Below, one piece after another: positions 10,014-18,041 of a stretch of DNA of 64,000 bases. The notes under the pieces were generated by a model that ran no database searches, was not told the origin of the DNA, and saw only the letters and a program-made list of their open reading frames with translations. Source of the stretch: a virus; the IMG/VR virus record IMGVR_UViG_3300020048_000014, positions 64,001 to 128,000 of that record. The stretch is one strand, 5' to 3'. The position numbers were made by a program, and so were the translations under genes. Position 1 is the stretch's first letter. Every line of letters begins with the position of its first letter.

Positions 10014-10190
10014 ATGAATAAAGAATATATTGAATGTAAACCGACAACGATAGTATATGGCACAGAACCATTAGGACCGGAACTTATAGCTAAATTGGAA
10101 GCACTTGAGTCTATTCCGTTCGATGCCTTTTGGGATGAAGGTAAGAAAGCTCTTATGATTAATAAAGATGAATTTATGAATAATCCGTGA
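10014..10190 (+). CDS. Small hypothetical protein (58 aa)
   Basis: Below the ORF-track cutoff; hand translation MNKEYIECKPTTIVYGTEPLGPELIAKLEALESIPFDAFWDEGKKALMINKDEFMNNP fills the gap. Confidence 0.55.
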   Translation: MNKEYIECKPTTIVYGTEPLGPELIAKLEALESIPFDAFWDEGKKALMINKDEFMNNP

Positions 10191-10761
10191 CCAACTCTGT
10201 GTGTAATTGAGAGAATAGGAAATCGAATCCGCTTTTGAGTTCGACACCCTCTGAACCCTGTTGCTGATATGTGATACCTTTTAAAGTTGTTGGGAATGCT
10301 TTAGTATATGTAAACTTAATTTTCTTATTTAAAAATTCGTCCAATCCGTAAATTGTCATATTTGTTTGGTAATCATTAAAATTACCATCAACAGGAATAT
10401 TTCCTTGATTATATACACCAGTTTTCTGATCGTGTAGTAAATTTAGCCAAGAATAAATCACCCAGTAGTTATTATATTCTGAATCGATAACAAAATCTAT
10501 ACTAATTGGAGGATATGAATCTTTACTGAATGATGATTGATATAGTGTAGATCCAGCGAATCTAGTTTCTACTCCTTTTACTGTGATATCAGGAACAATA
10601 CTTCCAAATATAGAAAACTGCACACTATCAGGATTGAGATGTTTATTATCTCTTTGATATGTGGACATTGAAGGTTTGAGTATTGGGGGAATATCAAATA
10701 CTAGAAGGAATTTGTCTTCTCTTGCTTTGTTTAAATAAGAGGATTTTACAATGTCGGACAT
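10174..10761 (-). CDS. Tail completion/terminator protein, gp3-like
   Basis: VQFSIFGSIVPDIT...ISIDFVIDSEYNNYWVIYSW...FTYTKAFPTTL matches gp3/tube-fold pattern. Confidence 0.65.
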   Translation of the reverse strand: MSDIVKSSYLNKAREDKFLLVFDIPPILKPSMSTYQRDNKHLNPDSVQFSIFGSIVPDITVKGVETRFAGSTLYQSSFSKDSYPPISIDFVIDSEYNNYWVIYSWLNLLHDQKTGVYNQGNIPVDGNFNDYQTNMTIYGLDEFLNKKIKFTYTKAFPTTLKGITYQQQGSEGVELKSGFDFLFSQLHTELVTDYS

Positions 10762-10774
10762 ATAATCTATTTAA

Positions 10775-12586
10775 TTAAGTAAACCAGCGATTCATTGCAT
10801 CATAAGATTCTTGTGACATGGATCTACTCGGATCAACATGAGGCATACCACCGTTTAATGATTGCCACCCGTCTGCTAATAATCCAGCCATTTCATCATC
10901 ACCTTCCCCAAACGCACCAAATGCCATTGGAGACAAATTAGAATTTTCAATTCTGTCTACTTGTTCATTGGTATATATAGAGGTAGCATTTTCGAAATAT
11001 TTTATACCGTGATCATACGGAGAAATCTTCAAAGGTTTACCATAGTCGTCTAATTCATCGATTTCAAAATAAATTTCCGTGATCTCATTGAATAGAATCA
11101 TCAATGCCCAAACGAAAGCCATAACTCGGTCATCATGTTCTCCCCCCTTAGCTTTCCATGTTCCATTAGGATAACGAACAAAAGTTTTAAACTCATTTAG
11201 TGTATTGATACTTCTAAATGTCACATTCCTCATCTCATTAATGAAGTATCTTTGATTAAGAATTGCGGAATGCTTGGTATTAGTATGAGATATAACACCA
11301 TATTGAACATTCATTCTATTTGCTTTTTTAGCTCCCCATGATACTACTTTCTCGTAGCCAAAATCAATAGCTAATCGATCACAAACCTGACCACCTTGAT
11401 TATTTCTTTCGATTAATACTAGCGGGCTACCCCAGTTTAATAATATATCATGTAATTTATTAGAAAACTCTGCGGGAGCTATTTGATTATTATGATACTC
11501 CGCTACTTGTTGTATATCTCTTAAATCTGTAATATCTAATATTTGAATAACTGATGCATCTCCACCAACACCTTCAGCAACGTCTACTCCTGCAACATAT
11601 AATCTACTAGCATCAGGGTCTTCCCAGATTTTATAATGTCCTTCATCCAATAAATGTCTAGGTTCTGTGCATCGTTGTTTGAGGTTGTCAAAAAGTTCAA
11701 CATCAATGGCGGCGGTTCCATCATCACTGAAATGACATTCGTATTCTTGCTTGAAAGCTTCATATGATCCAAGTTTAGCAATTTCTTTTTTCTTCCATGC
11801 TTCATCTCTTCCGGGAATCTCTGTCCACATCACCTCCTCGGCATGGAACTCGTTCCAATCGTCCGTTCCCTCTTTAGTTGCGGCATCATAGTATCTAAAG
11901 AATACATTATTCTTGCCTTTGGGAGTCGATGTTATTAAAATTCTGGAAGTCTTGGCTCTTGAAATAGTCGGTATAACCGATTTCATGAAATCTTCGACAA
12001 TACTTTCGGGTTCAATGAAGGCAAGCTCGTCCAATAAAAGTAATTGAATGGTTTGTCCTCTGGCAGCAGATCCAGTAGTGGTCGATATACCTATAACACT
12101 ACCATTAGCAAATTCCGAACTTTCTTGCCCCCAAGTTACAACCGCAGGCTTCAACCATACTGGTAATTCTTGATAAGCAAGCTTAACTCTTTTAAAGATC
12201 ATTTTTGCGGTATCTTCTTTGTTTGCAACAATGACCGTGTTTTTATGGTCGTGGAAACAAGTGAACCATAGTGCTAATATAGTAAGCACTGTAGTTTTTC
12301 CTGATTGACGGCTCGACAATACAATATTGAATCGATTCTCTTTAAACGCTTTGAGTAATCTTAATTGATAAGGTAAAAGCGGAATCAGCATTTTTCCTAA
12401 ATCTGGTTCAATGATGTAGAAGTAATTTTGCGCGAAGTATACAAGATCATTTTTACATTTGTCGATCTCTTCCACCATCGCTGGAGTATATTCAAACCTA
12501 GCTTCTGATGAGGGTAGATTAGGATTACCTAGATACATTTCTCTTTTAGAGAGTTTCGGATCTTTTATTTTAGCGGGTCGTCCCAT
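10775..12586 (-). CDS. gp17: Terminase large subunit
   Basis: YLGNPNL, SRQSGKTT Walker A, LLLDELAF Walker B, ITSTPKG, GVDVAEGVGGD, HDDRVMA. Confidence 0.97.
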   Translation of the reverse strand: MGRPAKIKDPKLSKREMYLGNPNLPSSEARFEYTPAMVEEIDKCKNDLVYFAQNYFYIIEPDLGKMLIPLLPYQLRLLKAFKENRFNIVLSSRQSGKTTVLTILALWFTCFHDHKNTVIVANKEDTAKMIFKRVKLAYQELPVWLKPAVVTWGQESSEFANGSVIGISTTTGSAARGQTIQLLLLDELAFIEPESIVEDFMKSVIPTISRAKTSRILITSTPKGKNNVFFRYYDAATKEGTDDWNEFHAEEVMWTEIPGRDEAWKKKEIAKLGSYEAFKQEYECHFSDDGTAAIDVELFDNLKQRCTEPRHLLDEGHYKIWEDPDASRLYVAGVDVAEGVGGDASVIQILDITDLRDIQQVAEYHNNQIAPAEFSNKLHDILLNWGSPLVLIERNNQGGQVCDRLAIDFGYEKVVSWGAKKANRMNVQYGVISHTNTKHSAILNQRYFINEMRNVTFRSINTLNEFKTFVRYPNGTWKAKGGEHDDRVMAFVWALMILFNEITEIYFEIDELDDYGKPLKISPYDHGIKYFENATSIYTNEQVDRIENSNLSPMAFGAFGEGDDEMAGLLADGWQSLNGGMPHVDPSRSMSQESYDAMNRWFT

Positions 12587-12591
12587 TTTTG

Positions 12592-12597
12592 TATTTA
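12592..12597 (-). promoter_or_regulatory. Late-type promoter TAAATA (terminase)
   Basis: 5 nt before ATG 12586. Confidence 0.7.
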
Positions 12598-12626
12598 CTA
12601 AATTATCTTTATTAAATATAGATATT

Positions 12627-13235
12627 ATGATGATGAGTCAATTCGATATTCTACAAGAGACATTAGGAGTCAAACATTTAAATCCTGATGGTAAAAGAAA
12701 AGAACGGAGAATAAAAAGACTTAATTCTTGGAAGATTAGAGATTCTAAGAATCCTAGAGAAAAGTTCATAGAATTAAAAAATCTTTTGAAGGGATTAGGA
12801 TATAAGATAATAAAGGTTGAAAGACAGTCGGCACATACCATTAGAAATAAGCGAATAGTTGCACTAGAGAAGACACCCGAATTGAGAAGGGGTTCAAACA
12901 CTCCAAGATACCATAATCAATTATATACACTAGCACATGAAACAGGACACGTTCTTCAATGGGATAATGTGACAAACATTAAAAATTTAAGTAATTTTTT
13001 CTTCAATAGAATATATCAGTCTTCAAATGAAGAGGCTGAAAAATTTTTACAAACTATTTTTTATGAACTAGATGCATGGGAAAAAGGAGAGCAATTCATA
13101 CCTAAAGAGTTGTTAGATGGATACTACAACGATGCTAGATGGGCGATTGGGACATATATGAGAAATAAACCAATCGATGTAAATTTAGATGATTATGATT
13201 TCTTGAAACCTTTGCTCGATAAGTTTTTACGATAA
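12627..13235 (+). CDS. Hypothetical protein with HExxH zinc-metallopeptidase-like motif
   Basis: LAHETGH motif plus downstream ELDAW. Start moved from 12459 (overlaps terminase) to the ATG at 12627, 8 nt after TAAATA. Confidence 0.6.
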   Translation: MMMSQFDILQETLGVKHLNPDGKRKERRIKRLNSWKIRDSKNPREKFIELKNLLKGLGYKIIKVERQSAHTIRNKRIVALEKTPELRRGSNTPRYHNQLYTLAHETGHVLQWDNVTNIKNLSNFFFNRIYQSSNEEAEKFLQTIFYELDAWEKGEQFIPKELLDGYYNDARWAIGTYMRNKPIDVNLDDYDFLKPLLDKFLR

Positions 13236-14072
13236 ACAAGCCGGAATAGCTATTTCATTCCCAAATCCTTTCAATTCAGAAATTTCTACCTTAGTTGGAA
13301 TAATGCCTCTATATTTTTCTTTATATTCTCTTAAGGGTCTAGCGGATCTAGCCGAATACCACCATACCAGATTACCTTGAACCATGTCAGAATGTTTAAA
13401 TTCTAAATCTGAAACTCTCCATCCTTCTTCTGATGATTCTCTGATAGCAGCTTCCATAGGATCTTCACCGGGATCGACCTTACCCCCCGGAAGACCCACC
13501 TTAACTCCCTTATCGTCCGATGCTCTATCTTTTGGTCTGGTTGTTGCAGCAATATTTCCGTCAGGAAATTGATATACTACAAAAACTGCAAATGGTGAAG
13601 CATTCACCGATTCTTTATAATATTTATCGGATGCTACATATCTACTTTCAGTTCCCGTATAATTTCCATCGTAATCATATACTGGATATTCTTCGTATTG
13701 TCTTTTTATTTCTGGATAAAATTCCCTAATATATTTAATTGTTTTTTTTTGTGCCGGGGTTTTTGGATTTATATGATCACATAAAAATTCGTTGAATTCT
13801 CCTTTCACTATTCTAACCCACCCTTTTTTCAGTAATATATCAGATGCGTCAACATCTTCTGGTATATCCATGATAATTAATCTATTTGCTACCTCATCAT
13901 GTTGCGCCCAACCTTTAACAATTTCGAGATTTCCACTTCTATCCATCCAGAATCCATATGGGGGATATCTTGGCAATTTTTTTAAATTGTTTATTTCTAA
14001 TGGATGAGTGAAGTTAGATTCATTCACGATTCCAACGTTATACATATAAAAAAAATTAGAAAATCTCATCAT
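13227..14072 (-). CDS. Nudix hydrolase fused to an N-terminal domain of unknown function
   Basis: Nudix box GLPGGKVDPGEDPMEAAIRESSEEG in the C-terminal half. Confidence 0.8.
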   Translation of the reverse strand: MMRFSNFFYMYNVGIVNESNFTHPLEINNLKKLPRYPPYGFWMDRSGNLEIVKGWAQHDEVANRLIIMDIPEDVDASDILLKKGWVRIVKGEFNEFLCDHINPKTPAQKKTIKYIREFYPEIKRQYEEYPVYDYDGNYTGTESRYVASDKYYKESVNASPFAVFVVYQFPDGNIAATTRPKDRASDDKGVKVGLPGGKVDPGEDPMEAAIRESSEEGWRVSDLEFKHSDMVQGNLVWWYSARSARPLREYKEKYRGIIPTKVEISELKGFGNEIAIPACLS

Positions 14073-14106
14073 AACAATTATTTAGTTATTAATATTAAAT
14101 ACATAT

Positions 14107-15090
14107 ATGAGAGAACGAGACATTACTTCTATCGGAGATATTTATGGCAAAATGCTTAATACTGTTAGGACTATTAAGGAATCTAAAGCACCTAAAACCT
14201 TTGACGGGGAATTCCGTTCGAAGAAACGAAAGGATGGTCCTGAATCTGCTGATGGTTATAATAAAGCTGAAAATAAAAAAGCTGGAGAATATAATGAAGA
14301 AGAAGACGAAGAGGATGATGTCTCGAAATATCTTCCTAAATCAAAAATGGAAAAATCTTCTAATAAATTGAAGGAAAAATTAAAAAATCCCAACATCACA
14401 GACAAGGATAAAAAGATTATTACTAAGTCTTTAAAAAATCTTGAGTCTGGTATGGAAAATTCTGAATCAGAAGAAATTCAAGAATCTAAAAAAATTGCAA
14501 CAAAAATACTAAATAAGCATATGAGCAAATCAGCTTTCGACACACTATTCAATAAAGTTCTCAAAGAAAACTTCGGTCAATCCCAAGAAGGCGACGATCT
14601 CGATGCCCTTGGTCTTGATGATTCCACTCCAGATGCCGACATGGGCGATGATTTTGGAGGAGATGAAGATTTCGGAGGTGAAGAAGATTCAGTAACATTT
14701 ACACTTGATCGTGCGACCGCACAAACCCTCATTGACGTTCTCCAAGGTTCTCTTGGCGGGGAAGATGAAGGAGAAGATGAAGGAGAAGGCGAAGATGACC
14801 TAGATTTCGGTGGAGAAGATGATGACTTTGGCGGTGAGGATGATGGTATGGACTTCGAAGAAGACGAAGAAGAAGGAACCAAACCTGCTCCTGATAAGAA
14901 AGCTGCTTTCCAAGCTAAGTCTAATAAAGTTGGTGGTCACGCCAATCCAAAGGGTAAGAAGACCGCTAAAACCGACGTAACTGATGAAACTGGCACTAAG
15001 ACCACTACTCCATCATTTGCTGCCCTACAAGGCAAGTCGAATCAAGTTCCCGGTTCGACTCTAAAGGCTAAAGCACAGTATTTCCAATAA
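14107..15090 (+). CDS. Highly acidic late protein (possible head core/scaffold-like) with nested in-frame start at 14521
   Basis: D/E/G-rich tract, basic C-terminus; TAAATA-N5-ATG at both 14107 and 14521. Confidence 0.6.
   Translation: MRERDITSIGDIYGKMLNTVRTIKESKAPKTFDGEFRSKKRKDGPESADGYNKAENKKAGEYNEEEDEEDDVSKYLPKSKMEKSSNKLKEKLKNPNITDKDKKIITKSLKNLESGMENSESEEIQESKKIATKILNKHMSKSAFDTLFNKVLKENFGQSQEGDDLDALGLDDSTPDADMGDDFGGDEDFGGEEDSVTFTLDRATAQTLIDVLQGSLGGEDEGEDEGEGEDDLDFGGEDDDFGGEDDGMDFEEDEEEGTKPAPDKKAAFQAKSNKVGGHANPKGKKTAKTDVTDETGTKTTTPSFAALQGKSNQVPGSTLKAKAQYFQ
14510..14515 (+). promoter_or_regulatory. Intragenic late-type promoter TAAATA
   Basis: 5 nt before in-frame ATG 14521. Confidence 0.6.
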
Positions 15091-15124
15091 TACTTAAATA
15101 AAATTCAACAATCAAAAAAGCCTG
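15081..15124 (+). repeat. 44-bp direct repeat, copy 1
   Basis: tttccaataatacttaaataaaattcaacaatcaaaaaagcctg, identical to 17412-17455. Confidence 0.95.
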
Positions 15125-15144
15125 CCTAAACAGCGGGCTTTTTT
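15114..15144 (+). terminator. Rho-independent terminator
   Basis: AAAAAAGCCTGC-N7-GCGGGCTTTTTT (one G-U pair). Confidence 0.8.
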
Positions 15145-15166
15145 GTTTTTAGATTAAATAATATCA

Positions 15167-16846
15167 GTGAAACCTTTTAAAGATTTTTTCAATGAAACAA
15201 ATTTGCACATCTTAAATGAGAGAATATATGGAAACACAGGATGGGTATATCATAGAACAAGAACTAATCCCGAAAATAGTGATATCGTAAAATTTGGTAT
15301 AAATACAACTCTTAATACTAGTGCTATGTATGGCACTGGATTCTACACTACATATAACATAGAAGATCAAAATAGAGATAGAATGAAGGCTATATATGGA
15401 AAATATATAGTAAAGGGTAAGATTAATCTATCTAATTTCGTAATATTGGATAGACCAATATTTGATATGTTGAATATGAATACTACATTTGAAAAATATC
15501 TGGAAAATATTTACAGCCTGTTGCCCTCATATGTTTATCAGGTTGAAAATAAACACAAATTTGAAAATGATTCTGACGACCCGGATGATCGACCGTATCG
15601 AAGAACGTCACAAATAGCTCGTGATTTTTGGAAACAATTTAAAAAAAATGGATACCGTGGAATAATATTCACCGGAGCATTGGATGGTCATGTCGCGGTC
15701 ATTTGGGATAGACAGTCATTCATCCCTAGCTCATATTCGACAGATGATGGATCTTCTTGGGTGAAACTGAAATCAGATATCAGATACATATATAGACCCA
15801 TTGACGAATTGACTGAATATGATCCACAAAAACATAACGAAAAAACAAACAATCAGCTAACATCCAAGCTTCCAAAATCTATACGGGGTGTGTTAGGTAA
15901 TGTTAAAGAATCACTCCGCTACATAAAAACTCATTCAGATCTTTCTGGAAAAATTAAAAATATATTATTACATGAAATATCCAAAGATCCAGAATCCGCT
16001 ATAAAGATAGCAGTTGAAGAATTTCAAGGAGTCGATGTCCCGCCCATAATATTACATAATATAGGCAGAAAAATATATACATATATAGAGTTTTTATTAA
16101 GAAACAATCTACCCGTCGCAAACGAAGTTATTTCTGTGATGGGTGGACTGGATGATTCGCTTGTATCGGTATATATTGATAAATTAATAAATTCCGGCGT
16201 CAGCTTCAACCATTCAATTTTATCAAAGATTGATAATGTGCAGAGAGTCATTCGATATATAAACATCTTCATACAGCGAGGGGGAGAAATTCCTCACGTA
16301 TTATATACAAAAATTGGACAATCTAAAGAATATAAATATATTTCTGATTTATTATTGAACGATAAAATTGATCACGATTTATTGTCTCAATATATACCAT
16401 CGAATTCAATGGCATGGGTTTATTATTATCATGCTACTAAATCAGATCCTAACAAAATACCCAAAAATATATTAATCAAGTTATTGGAAAATGGTATAAT
16501 GGCGGAAGAAATACGTGATCCGTTTGATGCTGTACGCTATGTCGAAAAATATTCTGATATTTCGACTATTAGAGGTGTTATATTTAAACTTATATCGACC
16601 GAACCAGATGCGGCGATGATTTGTGTATCATATCTTCTCCACAACAATAAAGATGTTCCAAACATATTATGGAAATCTATAATCGATAATGCTTTATTGG
16701 CTAAAATGTTCGCAACGGAAGATGATATACCATACTCTAAAATACCCGTCGAGTGGAAACAGAAATTAATAGATGGGGGTATGGGGTGGATATTTGAGTC
16801 AAATGGACGAAAATTTGATAAACTCTTTAAAGATTTTTTTTTATGA
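15167..16846 (+). CDS. Putative ADP-ribosyltransferase-fold protein with helical C-terminal region
   Basis: GWVYHRT and YGTGFYTT resemble the His and Tyr strands of H-Y-type ART folds; GTG start 6 nt after TAAATA; leader MKPFKDFFNE. Confidence 0.55.
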   Translation: MKPFKDFFNETNLHILNERIYGNTGWVYHRTRTNPENSDIVKFGINTTLNTSAMYGTGFYTTYNIEDQNRDRMKAIYGKYIVKGKINLSNFVILDRPIFDMLNMNTTFEKYLENIYSLLPSYVYQVENKHKFENDSDDPDDRPYRRTSQIARDFWKQFKKNGYRGIIFTGALDGHVAVIWDRQSFIPSSYSTDDGSSWVKLKSDIRYIYRPIDELTEYDPQKHNEKTNNQLTSKLPKSIRGVLGNVKESLRYIKTHSDLSGKIKNILLHEISKDPESAIKIAVEEFQGVDVPPIILHNIGRKIYTYIEFLLRNNLPVANEVISVMGGLDDSLVSVYIDKLINSGVSFNHSILSKIDNVQRVIRYINIFIQRGGEIPHVLYTKIGQSKEYKYISDLLLNDKIDHDLLSQYIPSNSMAWVYYYHATKSDPNKIPKNILIKLLENGIMAEEIRDPFDAVRYVEKYSDISTIRGVIFKLISTEPDAAMICVSYLLHNNKDVPNILWKSIIDNALLAKMFATEDDIPYSKIPVEWKQKLIDGGMGWIFESNGRKFDKLFKDFFL

Positions 16847-17360
16847 AAATATCCATCTAATAGATAAAAATAAAGATATCCTTGATGATGTTACAGATGA
16901 AAAAATCGGAGAAGAGAAATACAAAGAATTTAACATAGATTTTGATGATGGTGGGAGGGCATATGGTAAAATTCAAAACGGAATTGCTTATATAGCTGGT
17001 ATACAATCACCCAAAATTGATATCTTGACTCCAAGAAGAGGAACTAAAACTTATCAGAGAGTTTTAAAACTTTTATCTAAAAACGGAATTAATACTATTA
17101 AAATTGATATTCAAAGTAAAGACTCTAGAATAGCTATTGATCATTTACTTAAAAAAAATGTTTTAATAAATCCCAGAGAAATGACCGGATTGAGTATTGA
17201 TCAATACCCTAGAAAATTTGATATAAATTATGATAAATTGATGTTAGAATATCGTCATAATCTTGCCGATGGAACCCCCGCGCCTTCTCTCCAAGCACAT
17301 AATGGTAAAAATCCAAATATTTTAGATAAGAAGAATCTACATACTATCGGGCCATATTGA
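16803..17360 (+). CDS. Hypothetical protein; start uncertain, possibly joined to the upstream ORF by a +1 shift at T9
   Basis: ORF-track frame; leader motif split across frames at 16834-16842; C-terminus homologous to part of 17492-18037. Confidence 0.6.
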   Translation: MDENLINSLKIFFYENIHLIDKNKDILDDVTDEKIGEEKYKEFNIDFDDGGRAYGKIQNGIAYIAGIQSPKIDILTPRRGTKTYQRVLKLLSKNGINTIKIDIQSKDSRIAIDHLLKKNVLINPREMTGLSIDQYPRKFDINYDKLMLEYRHNLADGTPAPSLQAHNGKNPNILDKKNLHTIGPY

Positions 17361-17411
17361 AAAAAGGTAGTTACTGACACGTTCATCCAATACATGACAA
17401 CTGAGCAAGGG

Positions 17412-17455
17412 TTTCCAATAATACTTAAATAAAATTCAACAATCAAAAAAGCCTG
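17412..17455 (+). repeat. 44-bp direct repeat, copy 2
   Basis: Identical to 15081-15124. Confidence 0.95.
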
Positions 17456-17477
17456 TCCTAATCGACAGGCTTTTTTT
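17445..17477 (+). terminator. Rho-independent terminator
   Basis: AAAAAAGCCTGTC-N6-GACAGGCTTTTTTT. Confidence 0.85.
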
Positions 17478-17491
17478 ATTAAATATTTATA

Positions 17492-18037
17492 ATGAAATCT
17501 TTTAAAGCATTTTTCTATGAGAATCTAAACAATGAAATAGATCCAAATACACCATACATAGTAATTGATAAAAAAACTAAAGAAATAGTTTGGAGAGGAA
17601 CTTATAGTAAACGTGATATTGCTCGGAGAGTAGTAGATAGACGAGACAATGCTTATGGTGGATATAGATTTATCGCAAGAATTGCTAAACCTGAAGAGAT
17701 ATTGAAGGAATATGCTCACAATAATGCAGATGGAACACCTAAACAAACATTAAAGGCTCATAATGGTAAAGGTGGTGGTGCGAATATAGGATTGGATGCC
17801 AAATATCAACATACTGTCGGACCCTATCAGAAAAAGGTAGAAAAATTGAATGTTGTAAATAGTATTCTTACATTTCCTGAATTAGAGGATGCTGGTATTA
17901 AAGATATTATGAATATTAAACTTCCTATTATTTTTAAAAATGTTAAGAACAGTAAGGCAGATGTTCAGATTTTCAAGAATCAAAAAGGAATGATTGTCGG
18001 TAAAGTTATTAAACCATCCCCCGGTCTGGGTAAATAA
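17492..18037 (+). CDS. Hypothetical late protein with capsid-targeting-like leader
   Basis: Leader MKSFKAFFYE; TAAATA-N6-ATG. Confidence 0.75.
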   Translation: MKSFKAFFYENLNNEIDPNTPYIVIDKKTKEIVWRGTYSKRDIARRVVDRRDNAYGGYRFIARIAKPEEILKEYAHNNADGTPKQTLKAHNGKGGGANIGLDAKYQHTVGPYQKKVEKLNVVNSILTFPELEDAGIKDIMNIKLPIIFKNVKNSKADVQIFKNQKGMIVGKVIKPSPGLGK

Positions 18038-18041
18038 TGTT

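Noticed and set aside
10775-12586. Possible intron or intein in terminase, helicase or primase
   Set aside because: Lengths are normal, motifs are contiguous and no splicing or LAGLIDADG motifs were seen.
14577-14882. Ser-rich minus-strand ORF
   Set aside because: Antisense shadow of the acidic GAT/GAA tract.
17358-17360. Genome-wide TGA recoding suggested by homology continuing past this stop
   Set aside because: Many long genes end normally at TGA and core genes are uninterrupted in code 11; this is a single local event.
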